Shown: positions 45,516 to 56,375 of the stretch, in pieces
Layout of the letters: each line of letters begins with the position of its first letter
Numbering within the stretch: position 1 is the stretch's first letter
Source: Spirochaetota bacterium
Lineage (GTDB): Bacteria > Spirochaetota > UBA4802 > UBA5368
Direction: 5' to 3'
Assembly: GCA_025457965.1 (NCBI GenBank)
Contig: JALOTJ010000009.1
Location: 2,961 to 66,960 of the forward strand
DNA length: 64,000 nt
The notes under the pieces: generated by a model
The model's input: the letters and a program-made list of their open reading frames with translations, nothing else
What the model was told of the DNA's origin: nothing
Database searches by the model: none
Made by a program: the position numbers and the translations under genes

Positions 45516-46928
45516 ATGAGCAACAACTTTTTCGAGGCGTTACACCAGATTGCGAATGAAAAGGGAATAACGCGGGAAACAATCGAGGAAATCGTCGAAT
45601 CGGCGATGATCTCTGCCTATAAGAAACAGTATGGTTCGAACACCAGCGTTCGTGTGGTTTTCGACCGCGACAAAAACACCGTCAAGATCGTTTCCAGGAA
45701 AATGGTGGTCAATTCGCCGCGGAACCGGGCGGAAGAGGTGCATGTCGACGAGGCCCGGCGGTTCAATCCCGAAGCCCGGCTGGGCGACGAGATGGACGTG
45801 GAGGAAAACCCGCTCGAATCGTTCGGGAGGATAGCGGCTCAGACGGCCAAACAGGTGATTGTCCAGAAGATCAAAGAGGCCGAGAAGAACATCGTTTACA
45901 ATGATTTCAAGGACAAGGAAGGCGATCTCATCAACGGGTACCTCCAGCGAAAGACGAAGGACGCGATTTTTGTGGACCTCGGCAAGACCGAGGGAATCCT
46001 TCCGGCTCGCGAGCAGTCGCCGCTAGAGCATTTTAAAACCGGCGAGCGCATTAAGGCGCTTGTGCTTTCGGTGCAGAAAAACACGAAGGGGCCGTCGGTG
46101 GTGCTGTCGAGGGCCAACACCAAGTTTATACAGAAGCTCTTTGAAATGGAGATCCCCGAGGTGTATGACGGGGTTGTGCAAATCGTCAACATAGTGCGCG
46201 AGCCCGGCCTTCGCACCAAGGTCGCCGTGGTCAGTGAGAGGGACGACGTGGACGGAGTGGGCGCGTGCGTCGGCATGAAAGGCATACGAATACAGTCCAT
46301 AGTGCGCGAGCTCGAGGGTGAGAAGATCGATGTGGTCGAGTGGGTGGACGACCGACGGGTAATGGCGGCGAACGCGCTTACGCCCGCACGCGCCAAGGAA
46401 GTAATAGAGACCAGAAGCGGCGGGGTGATCGCCGTCGTCGAGAAGGAACAGTACAAGCTGGCGATCGGCAAGGCGGGACACAACGCGCGGCTTTCGGCAA
46501 GGCTCTGCGGGTTCGATATTGATATCAAGACCGAGGAGCAGTACCGTGAGTTCCTGAGCTCGAGTGAGTCCCGGGCCATGGTGGAGCAGCTCTTCGCGAG
46601 CAAGGACGTCGAAGAAACGCCGATCGACGAACTGCCGGGTCTCGACAGCCGGACCATCAAGCTCCTGGAGGCGGGAGGGCTCTTCTCGGTCGAAGATCTG
46701 GTGGAGACGTCGTTCGACGATCTCATGAAAATTGACGGAATCGGTGAAAAAACCGCCAAGAAGATAATGGACATCCTCGCGGAATCGATCGATTTCGAGG
46801 AAGAGATGGACGGGGAAGAGGCGGAAGAAGGAGAGCGGAAGGAAGAAGCGGAAGAAGGAGAACGGAAGGAAGAGGCGGGTGAAGCGGAGACGGCGGAGGC
46901 CGTTGACGAAGCGGATGCGGAGAAGTAA
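45516..46928 (+). CDS. nusA: transcription termination/antitermination factor NusA
   Basis: S1 and KH domains (e.g. ACVGMKGIRIQSIVRELEGEKIDVV) and an acidic C-terminal tail. Confidence 0.95.
   Translation: MSNNFFEALHQIANEKGITRETIEEIVESAMISAYKKQYGSNTSVRVVFDRDKNTVKIVSRKMVVNSPRNRAEEVHVDEARRFNPEARLGDEMDVEENPLESFGRIAAQTAKQVIVQKIKEAEKNIVYNDFKDKEGDLINGYLQRKTKDAIFVDLGKTEGILPAREQSPLEHFKTGERIKALVLSVQKNTKGPSVVLSRANTKFIQKLFEMEIPEVYDGVVQIVNIVREPGLRTKVAVVSERDDVDGVGACVGMKGIRIQSIVRELEGEKIDVVEWVDDRRVMAANALTPARAKEVIETRSGGVIAVVEKEQYKLAIGKAGHNARLSARLCGFDIDIKTEEQYREFLSSSESRAMVEQLFASKDVEETPIDELPGLDSRTIKLLEAGGLFSVEDLVETSFDDLMKIDGIGEKTAKKIMDILAESIDFEEEMDGEEAEEGERKEEAEEGERKEEAGEAETAEAVDEADAEK
46821..46874 (+). repeat. 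27-nt tandem duplication inside the acidic tail of nusA
   Basis: GCGGAAGAAGGAGAGCGGAAGGAAGAA / GCGGAAGAAGGAGAACGGAAGGAAGAG encode EAEEGERKE twice. Confidence 0.8.
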
Positions 46929-47004
46929 AGGCGCGAAAAGTGCGACCAGACCGTGGAAATAAACAGGACCGCGTTCTTCCGAAAATTCAATAGGTAGAAG
47001 CAAG

Positions 47005-49536
47005 GTGCAAATGAAAGCAATTGATATTGCAACCGCAAATCATGTAACAGAAGAAGATATCATTACTATCTGTAAAGACCTGGGAATAAGCTGCGCCGGG
47101 ATGGATGCCGAGTTCTCCGAGAAGGACGTCTTCCTGGTGCAGAAAAAAATAGAAGTAATCAAGGAGCAGCGGGCGAAGGCGGCGAGGGAGCTTCTGGAGC
47201 GGAAGAACGAACGCAGCGAAAAGCCGGGCGCAAAGATAAAGCTGAAGCGCAAGGTGACCGTTTCGAAGGAGCTCATCAAAGAGAAGCACGATAAGGACGA
47301 AGAAGCCGCCGCCGCACCCGCGCCGCTCGCAGAGCGGAAGGAAGAAGGCCCGAAGGCCGCTTCCGCATCCCCGCGCGAGGAAAGGCGTGCTCCGGCCGCG
47401 GGCAGGCCAGCTACCGGGCGCGCCGATCAGCGGCCCCAGGCGGGACGGCGGCCTGATTCTCGGCCAGCGCCGAGAAGCGACGCCGCCCGCAGGCCAGGTC
47501 CAGGAGCACCGGGGGCACGGCCCTTCGGCGATCGCAGGCCAGGTCCAGGAGCACCGCCATCCAAGGACGCCGGCGCGGCTGACAAGAAGGACGAAGCAAT
47601 TTCGGCCAAGGAAAAGGAAAAGAGAAAGAAGGCCAAGGAAAAGGAAAAAGAGAAAGAAGGCAAGAAGAGTCTCTATAAGGACAAGGGCAAGAGGACCTTC
47701 GAAAAAAGCCTTTTTTCGCGCAGAAAGAAAGGCGGTCACCATTCCGGAGCGCAGGAGCAGGAGCGTGTGGCCGTATCGCCGAAAAACATTGATATCACCG
47801 ATAGCATCTCCGTAGGAGATCTCGCGAAGAAGCTGAACGTAAAGGCAAGCGAGGTGATCTCGCGCCTGATGAAGCTCGGTATGATGGCCACGATAAACCA
47901 GGTGATCGACGCGGAGACAGCCGAGATCCTCGCCTCGGAGTTCGGCACGGTCGTGAGGGTGGTCTCACTCTTCGAGGAAACGGTAATCCGCCACGAAGAG
48001 GAGGACCGGGCGGAGGATCGCGCAAAGCGCCCGCCGATCGTTACCGTAATGGGTCATGTCGATCATGGGAAGACCAAACTCCTCGACGCCATCAGAAAGA
48101 CCAACGTCGTCGACGGCGAGTTCGGCGGAATCACCCAGCACATCGGCGCCTATACGGTGAAGGTGCGCGACCAGTTCGTCACTTTCCTGGATACCCCGGG
48201 TCATGAGGCCTTCACCACGATGCGCGCCAGGGGCGCGAGCGTCACGGATATCGTCATCCTGGTCGTCGCGGCCAACGACGGTGTAATGCCGCAGACGGTC
48301 GAGGCGATAAACCATGCCAAGGCCGCCCATGTTCCCATCATCGTGGCGATCAACAAGATCGACCTTCCTGAAACGAACGTTACGCGCATACGCCAGGACC
48401 TTTCGAATTACGATCTTGCGCCCGAGGAGTGGGGGGGGACCACCCTCTATGCCGAGGTCAGCGCCAAGCAGATGATCAATATCGAGGAACTCCTCGACCT
48501 TATCATCATCCAGTCCGAAATGCTCGAGCTCGACGCCAATCCGGCGCTTTTAAGCCGCGGAGTGGTGATCGAATCGCGTCTCGACCCCGGACGGGGACCG
48601 GTCGCGACCGCGCTGGTACAGAATGGCACGCTGCACCTGGGTGATCCCTTCGTTGTGGGCATCTACTCCGGCAAGGTCAGGGCGATGTTTAACGACCAGG
48701 GTCAGCCGGTGCAGGAGGCCGGCCCTTCCACACCGGTCGAGCTGGTGGGTCTATCCGGGGTCCCCTCCGCAGGTGATCCGTTCCAGGTGGTCGAATCCGA
48801 GAAATATTCCAAACAGATATCGCAGAAGCGCATCGACCTCAGGCGGCTTGAGACGGCCAAAAAGGTCCGCAAGGTGACACTGGAAGACCTTAACGAGATG
48901 ATTCGCGAAGGAGAGGTGCAGGAGCTCCGCGTCGTCATAAAAGCCGACGTTGACGGTTCCGTTCAGGCACTAAAGGAATCGCTGGAAAAACTCTCTACCG
49001 GCGAAGTGCGCGTCAAGGTGATCCATGCGGGGACCGGCGGCATCAACGAGTCGGACGTTATGCTGGCGTCCGCGTCGAACGCCATCATTATCGGCTACCA
49101 CGTGCGGCCTACGTCCAGAGTGTCGGAACTGGCCGAGAAGGAAAGCGTATCCATAAAATTCTTCAACATAATCTTCGAGGTGACCGATTCGATCCGGGCT
49201 GCCATGGAGGGGATGCTCTCCCCCGAATACAGGGAAGAGGTCGTCGGAAGCGGCGAGGTGCGCCAGATATTCAAAATATCGCGTCTGGGGACCGTCGCCG
49301 GCGCCATCGTTCTTTCCGGAAGGGTCAACCGCAAGAACAGGGTGCGGATTATCCGCGACGGCGTGGTGGTTTTTGACGGCGAGCTCAAATCGCTCAAGCG
49401 CTTCAAGGACGATGTCACGGAGGTCGAGTCGGGGCAGGAATGCGGTTTCGGCATGATTAATTACAACGATCTCAAGGAAGGGGACACCTTCGAGGCTTAC
49501 AAGACGATCGAGATCGCCAAGACGTTAGACGGTTAG
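47005..49536 (+). CDS. infB: translation initiation factor IF-2
   Basis: G domain [28 protein letters not shown]. Low-complexity basic N-terminal region. Start is GTG 47005 or ATG 47011. Confidence 0.95.
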   Translation: MQMKAIDIATANHVTEEDIITICKDLGISCAGMDAEFSEKDVFLVQKKIEVIKEQRAKAARELLERKNERSEKPGAKIKLKRKVTVSKELIKEKHDKDEEAAAAPAPLAERKEEGPKAASASPREERRAPAAGRPATGRADQRPQAGRRPDSRPAPRSDAARRPGPGAPGARPFGDRRPGPGAPPSKDAGAADKKDEAISAKEKEKRKKAKEKEKEKEGKKSLYKDKGKRTFEKSLFSRRKKGGHHSGAQEQERVAVSPKNIDITDSISVGDLAKKLNVKASEVISRLMKLGMMATINQVIDAETAEILASEFGTVVRVVSLFEETVIRHEEEDRAEDRAKRPPIVTVMGHVDHGKTKLLDAIRKTNVVDGEFGGITQHIGAYTVKVRDQFVTFLDTPGHEAFTTMRARGASVTDIVILVVAANDGVMPQTVEAINHAKAAHVPIIVAINKIDLPETNVTRIRQDLSNYDLAPEEWGGTTLYAEVSAKQMINIEELLDLIIIQSEMLELDANPALLSRGVVIESRLDPGRGPVATALVQNGTLHLGDPFVVGIYSGKVRAMFNDQGQPVQEAGPSTPVELVGLSGVPSAGDPFQVVESEKYSKQISQKRIDLRRLETAKKVRKVTLEDLNEMIREGEVQELRVVIKADVDGSVQALKESLEKLSTGEVRVKVIHAGTGGINESDVMLASASNAIIIGYHVRPTSRVSELAEKESVSIKFFNIIFEVTDSIRAAMEGMLSPEYREEVVGSGEVRQIFKISRLGTVAGAIVLSGRVNRKNRVRIIRDGVVVFDGELKSLKRFKDDVTEVESGQECGFGMINYNDLKEGDTFEAYKTIEIAKTLDG

Positions 49537-49539
49537 CCC

Positions 49540-49950
49540 ATGGCAACGCACCGAAGGGAGCGGCTCGAGGAGCTCGTCAAACGGGTCGTCGCGGATGCGC
49601 TGCTTTCCGAGATAAAAGATCCGCGCATCGGTTTTGTTTCGGTTGTCCGTGTGAAGCTTGCCAAGGACTATAGTGTTGCCGATATATTCGTCTCGGTGCT
49701 CGGCGACGATATGCAGAAGAAAAAATCGATGGCGGGCCTTGAGTCCGCCTGCAATTACATACAGTTCCTCGTCGGCAAGGGAATTCAGCTTCGCTCCACG
49801 CCGCGCCTCATTTTTCATCTTGACACCTCGGTAGAGGAGGGCGTTCGGCTTGTCGGTGTTATAGAGAAGCTTGACGCGGAAGGCGGCTCGCGCCGCGCCG
49901 CGGAGGCCACCGATACGGACGATGAAAAGGGCGGAGGAAACGGCGGCTGA
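49540..49950 (+). CDS. rbfA: ribosome-binding factor A
   Basis: RRERLEELVKRVVADALLSEIKDPRIGFVSVVRVKLAKDYSVADIFVSV. Confidence 0.92.
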   Translation: MATHRRERLEELVKRVVADALLSEIKDPRIGFVSVVRVKLAKDYSVADIFVSVLGDDMQKKKSMAGLESACNYIQFLVGKGIQLRSTPRLIFHLDTSVEEGVRLVGVIEKLDAEGGSRRAAEATDTDDEKGGGNGG

Positions 49951-49952
49951 CG

Positions 49953-50882
49953 GTGGACGGTTTTGATCCGAGGAATGCGGTTCTTCTCCTCGACAAGGAG
50001 AAGGGCAGGACCTCCTTTTCGGCGATCGAAGAAGTGCGCAGGCTGTTCGGAGCCGGAAAGGCCGGCCATTCCGGAACGATCGACAAGGCGGCAACGGGTC
50101 TTCTTGTGGTCTGCACGGGCTCGGTGACGGGGCTCACGCGGTATTTTCTCGAGGGGGACAAGCGCTACACGGGCGTCGTCCGCCTGGGCGTTACGACCGA
50201 CACCTGCGACGCCGAGGGTGAAGTCACCGCGGTCGAGAGCATAAACGGGATTGATGAAAGCAGGATACACACCATAATAGAGCGTTTCTCCGGTGAAATC
50301 AGCCAGATGCCGCCGCTGTATTCCGCGTTGAAAATCAAGGGAAAGAGGGCGTCAGACCTCGCCAGACAGGGGCGGTCGGTTGAGCTGGCCGCGCGGAATG
50401 TCGTTATAAGAGAGTTGAATATACTCGATGTCAATCTTGAAAGGGGAACGCTGACGGTGGATGTGCTCTGTTCGAAAGGCACCTATATTCGCTCGCTCGC
50501 CCGTGACATAGGCGAGTTCCTGGGAACCGGGGCGCATCTTGCGGAGCTTAGGCGCACCGCTTCGGGGCATTTCTCCGTGAGCGACGCGGCGACGATCGGG
50601 GAGATGAGAGAGTATCTTTGCGGCATACGGTCCGACGGGCACTTTATACTGGCCCCGGAGGAAGCCCTTAAGGATTTCGGGCGGATCGTTGTCGGCGAGG
50701 CCGCGCTAAAAAGGGTTAATAATGGAGCATTTTTCCCCAGGGGTGATATAGTGAGCATGGAAGGGGAGTCGCCCTTCATTATACTCGACGGCCATAAAAA
50801 TTGTATTGCCATTGCGGACGTCGATACTGATAATTGGTCAGTCGTATACAGGAATGTATTTAACAGGAAAAATCCCGGCTAA
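49953..50882 (+). CDS. truB: tRNA pseudouridine(55) synthase TruB
   Basis: LLLDKEKGRTSF ... KAGHSGTIDKAATGLLVV ... PPLYSALKIKGKR. Confidence 0.93.
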   Translation: MDGFDPRNAVLLLDKEKGRTSFSAIEEVRRLFGAGKAGHSGTIDKAATGLLVVCTGSVTGLTRYFLEGDKRYTGVVRLGVTTDTCDAEGEVTAVESINGIDESRIHTIIERFSGEISQMPPLYSALKIKGKRASDLARQGRSVELAARNVVIRELNILDVNLERGTLTVDVLCSKGTYIRSLARDIGEFLGTGAHLAELRRTASGHFSVSDAATIGEMREYLCGIRSDGHFILAPEEALKDFGRIVVGEAALKRVNNGAFFPRGDIVSMEGESPFIILDGHKNCIAIADVDTDNWSVVYRNVFNRKNPG

Positions 50883-50960
50883 ATCCGGGCCGGCGCACAG
50901 CGATAACACCGGTAAAGCAAACACGATCAATCACATAAGGAATAAGGAGAACAGCGGCAT

Positions 50961-51218
50961 ATGCGTCAGAAGAGCGAGGTCATCAATCAGTTTAAAAGGC
51001 ATGAGAGCGATACCGGCTCCCCGGACGTTCAGATTGCCCTGCTGACGGAAAGGATCAACCACCTGACGGAGCATTTCAAGGTGCATAAAAAGGATTTTCA
51101 TTCCCGCAGGGGGCTTCTGAAACTCGTCGGCCAGCGGCGCAGACTCCTGGATTATCTCAAGAAAATCGATCTCGAGAAATACCGGAGCCTCATCGAATCG
51201 CTCGGCCTGAGAAGATAG
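50961..51218 (+). CDS. rpsO: 30S ribosomal protein S15
   Basis: 85 aa. [53 protein letters not shown]. Confidence 0.96.
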   Translation: MRQKSEVINQFKRHESDTGSPDVQIALLTERINHLTEHFKVHKKDFHSRRGLLKLVGQRRRLLDYLKKIDLEKYRSLIESLGLRR

Positions 51219-51299
51219 GTATTCCTCCACGGCGGACGGCGACCGGCCCGCGCCTGCAGGATAGTGCGATTACGGGCATCAAGGCATTGAAGAGGTAGA

Positions 51300-53381
51300 A
51301 TGATGAGTTTTGAATCAGGAATTGGAATTGGCCGGGAGGAGATACGGTTCAGCACGGGCTATCTCGCGAAACAGGCGGACGGCGCCGTCGCGGTTTCCAG
51401 TGGCGAGTCGATCGTCCTCGCGACCGCGGTCGTTTCGCGGAAGGTGGCCGAAGGACAGGATTTTTTCCCGCTTACCGTTGATTACCGGGAAAAGTTCTAC
51501 TCCGCAGGCAAAATCCCGGGGGGGTATATCAAGCGCGAGGGGCGGCCCAGCGACAGGGAGACCCTGACAAGTCGCCTCGCCGACAGGCCGCTACGCCCGC
51601 TCTTTCCCGAGGATTTCGTCAGCGAGGTGCAGATCATAATTTCCGTGCTCTCCACCGACCAGAAAACCCAGTCGGATGTTCTCGCCATCAACGCGGCGTC
51701 GGCCGCGCTTTCGGTTTCGGGCATTCCATTCAAGGGGCCCGTGGGTGCGGTCCGTGTCGGCAGGATCAAGGGGGAGTTTATCGTAAATCCCACTTTTGAT
51801 GAATCGGGCGAAAGCGATATCGATCTTGTCGTCGCCGGCACCAGGAAAGCCGTCACCATGATCGAAGGATCGGCGAAAAACGTCAGCGAAGAGGACATGA
51901 TCAACGCCGTCGTCTTCGCGCACGAGCAGATAGCCAGGCTCTGCGACGCGCAGGATGACCTGAAGCGACAGGTCGCGAAGCCGGAGATGGCATATACTCC
52001 GAGGAAGAGGGACGAGGCGCTCAGAAACGAGGTGCGCAAGCGTTTCCACCAGGAGGTGGTCGACCTTGTAAAGCTCAACGAGAAAAAGGACCGCGAGGAC
52101 GCGCTTCGGGGCATCATAGAGCGGGCCTCGGCGGAGATGAAGGCTTCCTTCCCGGACTCGATCGGCCAGGTCGGATCGATAATCGACGATCTCGACTATG
52201 AGGTGATGCGTGCGCGCATACTCGACGAGAAGCGTCGCGCGGACGGCAGGGGCCTGACGGATATCCGGCCCATCGACAGCATGATCGGCGTGCTGCCGAG
52301 GGCACACGGTTCCGCCGTATTTACCCGCGGTCAGACGCAGAGCCTCGGGGTCGTGACGCTCGGCACGGGACGCGATTCCCAGCGGCTCGATGCAATCGAA
52401 GGAGAGAGCTTCCGCCGTTTCATGCTGCACTACAACTTCCCGCCCTTTTCGGTGGGTGAGACCGGCAGGTACGGCGGTACAGGGAGGCGCGAAATAGGCC
52501 ACGGGATGCTCGCAGAAAGGTCGCTGCAATACATACTTCCCGAGCCAGAGAAATTCCCGTACACCATACGGGTCGTTTCCGAAATACTCGAATCGAACGG
52601 CTCCTCATCGATGGCGTCGGTATGTTCCGGTTCACTTGCGCTCTTCAACGCCGGCGTGCCGGTAAAAGCCGCCGTTGCGGGAATAGCCATGGGCCTCATC
52701 CTCGAGGGTGACCGGTATGCTGTCCTGAGCGATATCATGGGGCTCGAAGACCACCTGGGCGATATGGATTTCAAGGTTGCCGGCACGTCCGAAGGTATCA
52801 CCGCGTTTCAGCTCGATATAAAGATCGAGGGAATAACGCCGCAGATCATGCGCGAGGCGCTTACACAGGCACGCGAGGGAAGGATTCACATTCTGGGCAA
52901 AATGAATGAAGTGATTTCAGAGCCTGCGAAGGAGCTCTCCCCGAACGCGCCGCGGATAATCATGATCAAGATCGAAATAGACAAGATCGGCGGCCTGATC
53001 GGACCCGGCGGAAAGGTGGTCAAGGCCATCGTGGAAGAAACCGGCGCCGAGATTAATATCGAGGACGATGGAACGGTTACGGTATCCGCGGTCGACAAGG
53101 AATCCATCGACAAGGCGCTGGCCAAAATCAGTGCGATAACCGAGGACGTCGAGATAGGCAGAATCTATAACGGACGTGTTAAAAAGGTAATGGAGTACGG
53201 AGCGTTCGTCGAGATTGCTCCCGGCAGGGAGGGGCTTGTTCATATCTCAAAGCTCGACTTCGAAAAGGTAAATAAAGTAAGCGATATCCTCAAGGAAGGC
53301 GACGAAGTGGCGGTCAAGGTTGTAGGCATCGATCGACAGGGAAGAGTCGACCTTAGCAGAAAGGACGCGCTGAAGCGATAG
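51300..53381 (+). CDS. pnp: polyribonucleotide nucleotidyltransferase (PNPase)
   Basis: Two RNase PH domains, KH (IGGLIGPGGKVVKAI) and S1 (GRVKKVMEYGAFVEI). Confidence 0.96.
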   Translation: MMSFESGIGIGREEIRFSTGYLAKQADGAVAVSSGESIVLATAVVSRKVAEGQDFFPLTVDYREKFYSAGKIPGGYIKREGRPSDRETLTSRLADRPLRPLFPEDFVSEVQIIISVLSTDQKTQSDVLAINAASAALSVSGIPFKGPVGAVRVGRIKGEFIVNPTFDESGESDIDLVVAGTRKAVTMIEGSAKNVSEEDMINAVVFAHEQIARLCDAQDDLKRQVAKPEMAYTPRKRDEALRNEVRKRFHQEVVDLVKLNEKKDREDALRGIIERASAEMKASFPDSIGQVGSIIDDLDYEVMRARILDEKRRADGRGLTDIRPIDSMIGVLPRAHGSAVFTRGQTQSLGVVTLGTGRDSQRLDAIEGESFRRFMLHYNFPPFSVGETGRYGGTGRREIGHGMLAERSLQYILPEPEKFPYTIRVVSEILESNGSSSMASVCSGSLALFNAGVPVKAAVAGIAMGLILEGDRYAVLSDIMGLEDHLGDMDFKVAGTSEGITAFQLDIKIEGITPQIMREALTQAREGRIHILGKMNEVISEPAKELSPNAPRIIMIKIEIDKIGGLIGPGGKVVKAIVEETGAEINIEDDGTVTVSAVDKESIDKALAKISAITEDVEIGRIYNGRVKKVMEYGAFVEIAPGREGLVHISKLDFEKVNKVSDILKEGDEVAVKVVGIDRQGRVDLSRKDALKR

Positions 53382-53393
53382 CGTCGTTAGCCA

Positions 53394-54683
53394 ATGGTTT
53401 TAAAATATACGCTCGATAACGGAATGGTCATTCTCCTCGAACCCATCGAGGGGGTGGCTTCCGTTTCGGCCGGCCTGTGGGTGAAGACGGGCTCGCGGAA
53501 CGAGCAAAAAGATCAGATGGGGTACGCCCATTTCATCGAGCACATGCTGTTCAAGGGAACGTCGAACTATTCCGCGCGGGATATCGCACGTATGGTCGAC
53601 CGGGTAGGTGGACAGCACAACGCCGCGACCAACCGGGAGTACACCTGCTACTACATCAATGTCATCTCCGATTATCTCGCGCTTTCAGTGGATCTTCTCG
53701 CCGATATGTACTACCATTCGCTTTTCGATGCCGACGAGATCTCCAAGGAAAAAAACGTCATCCTCGAGGAGATCAGGATGTACGAGGATACCCCGGACGA
53801 GCTGATTCACGACGTGTTCATGGAGTGCATGCTCTCGGACCATCCGCTGGGGCACCCGATTCTCGGAACTCTTGACAGTATTGACGGGATAGACAAAATC
53901 AGACTCCTCGATTTTTTCAGGGAAAACTACTCGCGGGAAAACTGCATTTTCGCGGTCGCGGGTAATTTCGACGTGGAAGAAACGAAACGGCTTATTGAGC
54001 GGGCTTTTTCCTCGCCCCTTTTCAAAGGGGGAGCGGCGGTCCGCGGCGGCGAAGATCCTCCCAGGAGGATATTCAGGCGGCACATAACGCGCGACCTCGA
54101 GCAGATCCATTTCTGTCTGGGGACGGAGGGCCTCAACAGGAGCGACGAAAACCGCTGGGCTCTTTTTTCGCTCAGCACCATCCTGGGTGGCAGCATGTCG
54201 TCGAGGCTCTTTCAGAATATCCGTGAGAGGGAAGGGCTCTGTTACGCGATTTACTCCTTCCATTCTGCGTATCTCGACAACGGTGTTTTCGGTGTTTACT
54301 GCGGGACTTCCCCCGACAATTACGCCCGGGCCCTGGGCCTCATCGTGAGGGAGTGCGAATCACTGCTGGCGGAAGGGGTGACCGACGAGGAGCTTGAAGA
54401 CGCTAAAACCTTCATGAAGGGCAACCTGGCGCTGAGCATGGAGAGCACCGAGGTGCGCATGGGCCATCTCGCCAAGAACGAGATGATTTACGGCAGGCAT
54501 TTCAGTTTCGATGAAATGATCGAGAAGATAGACGCCATTACCATGGACGACTTCAGCAGGGTGATCGATACCATATTCAGGGGCAAGCAGCTTACCCTGG
54601 TTTCGATCGGTCGAATCCCCGGGAACACGGGTCCCGAAACAGCCGATCCCATCCTGCTCGCCGGCGGCAGACGGCTTCCTTAA
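53394..54683 (+). CDS. M16 family (insulinase-like) zinc peptidase
   Basis: HxxEH motif YAHFIEHMLFKGT. Confidence 0.9.
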   Translation: MVLKYTLDNGMVILLEPIEGVASVSAGLWVKTGSRNEQKDQMGYAHFIEHMLFKGTSNYSARDIARMVDRVGGQHNAATNREYTCYYINVISDYLALSVDLLADMYYHSLFDADEISKEKNVILEEIRMYEDTPDELIHDVFMECMLSDHPLGHPILGTLDSIDGIDKIRLLDFFRENYSRENCIFAVAGNFDVEETKRLIERAFSSPLFKGGAAVRGGEDPPRRIFRRHITRDLEQIHFCLGTEGLNRSDENRWALFSLSTILGGSMSSRLFQNIREREGLCYAIYSFHSAYLDNGVFGVYCGTSPDNYARALGLIVRECESLLAEGVTDEELEDAKTFMKGNLALSMESTEVRMGHLAKNEMIYGRHFSFDEMIEKIDAITMDDFSRVIDTIFRGKQLTLVSIGRIPGNTGPETADPILLAGGRRLP

Positions 54684-54816
54684 GAATCACGGTAAAAACT
54701 TCTTGAAAATAAACAGAGCATGCCGGCATCATTAACGGATTTCGCCGGGGCGGGAGGCTTTTGCCTCTTCAGATCCGACTCCGGCTTGGCGATAATTTTC
54801 ATAGAGGAGACGCGGT

Positions 54817-55230
54817 ATGGCAGGCAAGGGCGATGCTGTGAACAGCACGATCGGCGAAGGATCGATATTTGAAGGAAAATTCTATATCAGCGGGTCGCTC
54901 AGGATAGACGGTAAATTCGAGGGCGAGATCAAGACCGATGAGGAGCTGGTGGTGGGCGAGACCGGAAAGGTCAAGACGAACATCGACGCCAAATCGGTCG
55001 TGGTGGCGGGGACCGTTATAGGTAATATAAAGGCCGATGAGGAAGTCAAACTCCTCGAGACGGGCAGGGTGCTCGGAGATATCGTTGCGCCGGCGATCGC
55101 GATACAGCGCGGCGTGATCGTTCAGGGGCATGTTACGATCACCGCGGGACAGCGAAAGGACGTAAAGAAGCTCATCGAAGAATCATTCAGCAGCGGATCG
55201 GACAAGCAGTCCGAGAAATCATCCAGGTAG
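54817..55230 (+). CDS. bactofilin (polymer-forming cytoskeletal protein)
   Basis: Beta-helical repeats IGEGSIFEGKFYISGSLRIDGKFEGEIKTDEELVVGETGKVKTNIDAKSVVVAGTVIGNIKA... Confidence 0.9.
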   Translation: MAGKGDAVNSTIGEGSIFEGKFYISGSLRIDGKFEGEIKTDEELVVGETGKVKTNIDAKSVVVAGTVIGNIKADEEVKLLETGRVLGDIVAPAIAIQRGVIVQGHVTITAGQRKDVKKLIEESFSSGSDKQSEKSSR

Positions 55231-55405
55231 CGAATGGTTCCCCCGGAGGCGGCGTCGCTGGTTTAAGCCAATGAAAGCTTTCCGTTCGAGAACATTCAGG
55301 CTGGGTGCCTACACAGTCACCACTACAATCGATAGAATTATCGTATTGAATGTGGGTGCCGGCCGGGTCCGCTCGTATATATTTAATAAGAATCCGTTTT
55401 CGGGA

Positions 55406-56284
55406 ATGAAACGTCGTACGATGGCGGCGGTCTGCCTGCCGCTCGCGGCGCTGTTCGTGGTCCTCTTCCTCTCGTACGATCGACCTGTCGGCGGTGAAGG
55501 CGTGGGAGACGAAGAGCGAAAGAACATGCTGCTCCTCTCCTCGCAAACAGATTTTTCGGCGCCTGCCGAAGATTCAACGCTTCATGTCCGTACCCATCAC
55601 GTCAAAAACGGTGAAACGCTCAGCAGGATCGCGCGGCAATACGGCGTTTCAATGGACACAATCTGTGGCAGCAACCGGCTTACTTCCTACGACATGCTGC
55701 CGGTCGGGGCCATCCTGAAAATTCCCTCCAGGGACGGCATCCTCCATTCAATTAAAAGGGGACAGGATATTCACGCCGTCGCCGCTTACTATCGCGTGCC
55801 GGTGGCGAAGATACTTGCCGAAAACCGCATTAGGAATTATGATTTCGTTCAGGAGGGAGCCGCGTTATTCATACCGGACGCCAAGCCGATGGATATGGTG
55901 CCCGGCTTTATCTGGCCGACGCTAAGCAGGGCGCTCAGCTGCGGGTATGGCTGGAGGCGCGATCCTTTCACCTCCGAGCGCGATTTCCATAAAGGTCTTG
56001 ATATCCGGGCCAGGTACGAGTGGGTAAAGGCTACCAAGTATGGCAAGGTCACCTACGCCGGATGGCTCGGCGGTTATGGCATGGCGGTGCTCATCGCGCA
56101 TCCGGGAGGGTACAAGTCCCTCTACGGTCACCTTTCACGGATAACCGTGCGCGAGGGCCAGTATGTAAAGCAGGGCCAGGTGATCGCGAAGAGCGGAAAC
56201 ACCGGACGCTCGACGGGGCCGCACCTCCACTTCGAGCTGATCAAATCGGGCGCCCATCTCAATCCCCGCGGACACTTAAAGTAG
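55406..56284 (+). CDS. LysM-domain M23 family peptidoglycan endopeptidase
   Basis: TM/signal MKRRTMAAVCLPLAALFVVLFL. LysM HHVKNGETLSRIARQYGVSMDTI. M23 motifs HKGLDI and GNTGRSTGPHLHFEL. ORF-track start at 55271 is also possible. Confidence 0.88.
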   Translation: MKRRTMAAVCLPLAALFVVLFLSYDRPVGGEGVGDEERKNMLLLSSQTDFSAPAEDSTLHVRTHHVKNGETLSRIARQYGVSMDTICGSNRLTSYDMLPVGAILKIPSRDGILHSIKRGQDIHAVAAYYRVPVAKILAENRIRNYDFVQEGAALFIPDAKPMDMVPGFIWPTLSRALSCGYGWRRDPFTSERDFHKGLDIRARYEWVKATKYGKVTYAGWLGGYGMAVLIAHPGGYKSLYGHLSRITVREGQYVKQGQVIAKSGNTGRSTGPHLHFELIKSGAHLNPRGHLK

Positions 56285-56375
56285 GGACCTCGCCGCAAAA
56301 AGTTCTTGCCTCGCCGGTGGCGTCGCCTGTATCAATGACAAAAGCATTCAACTCTGATCCATGCGGGAGCGCACC

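Noticed and set aside
45896-47038. 380-aa and 326-aa minus-strand ORFs (Ser-rich or Arg-rich)
   Set aside because: Antisense to nusA and the start of infB. They are low-complexity mirror images of the acidic/basic coding strand.
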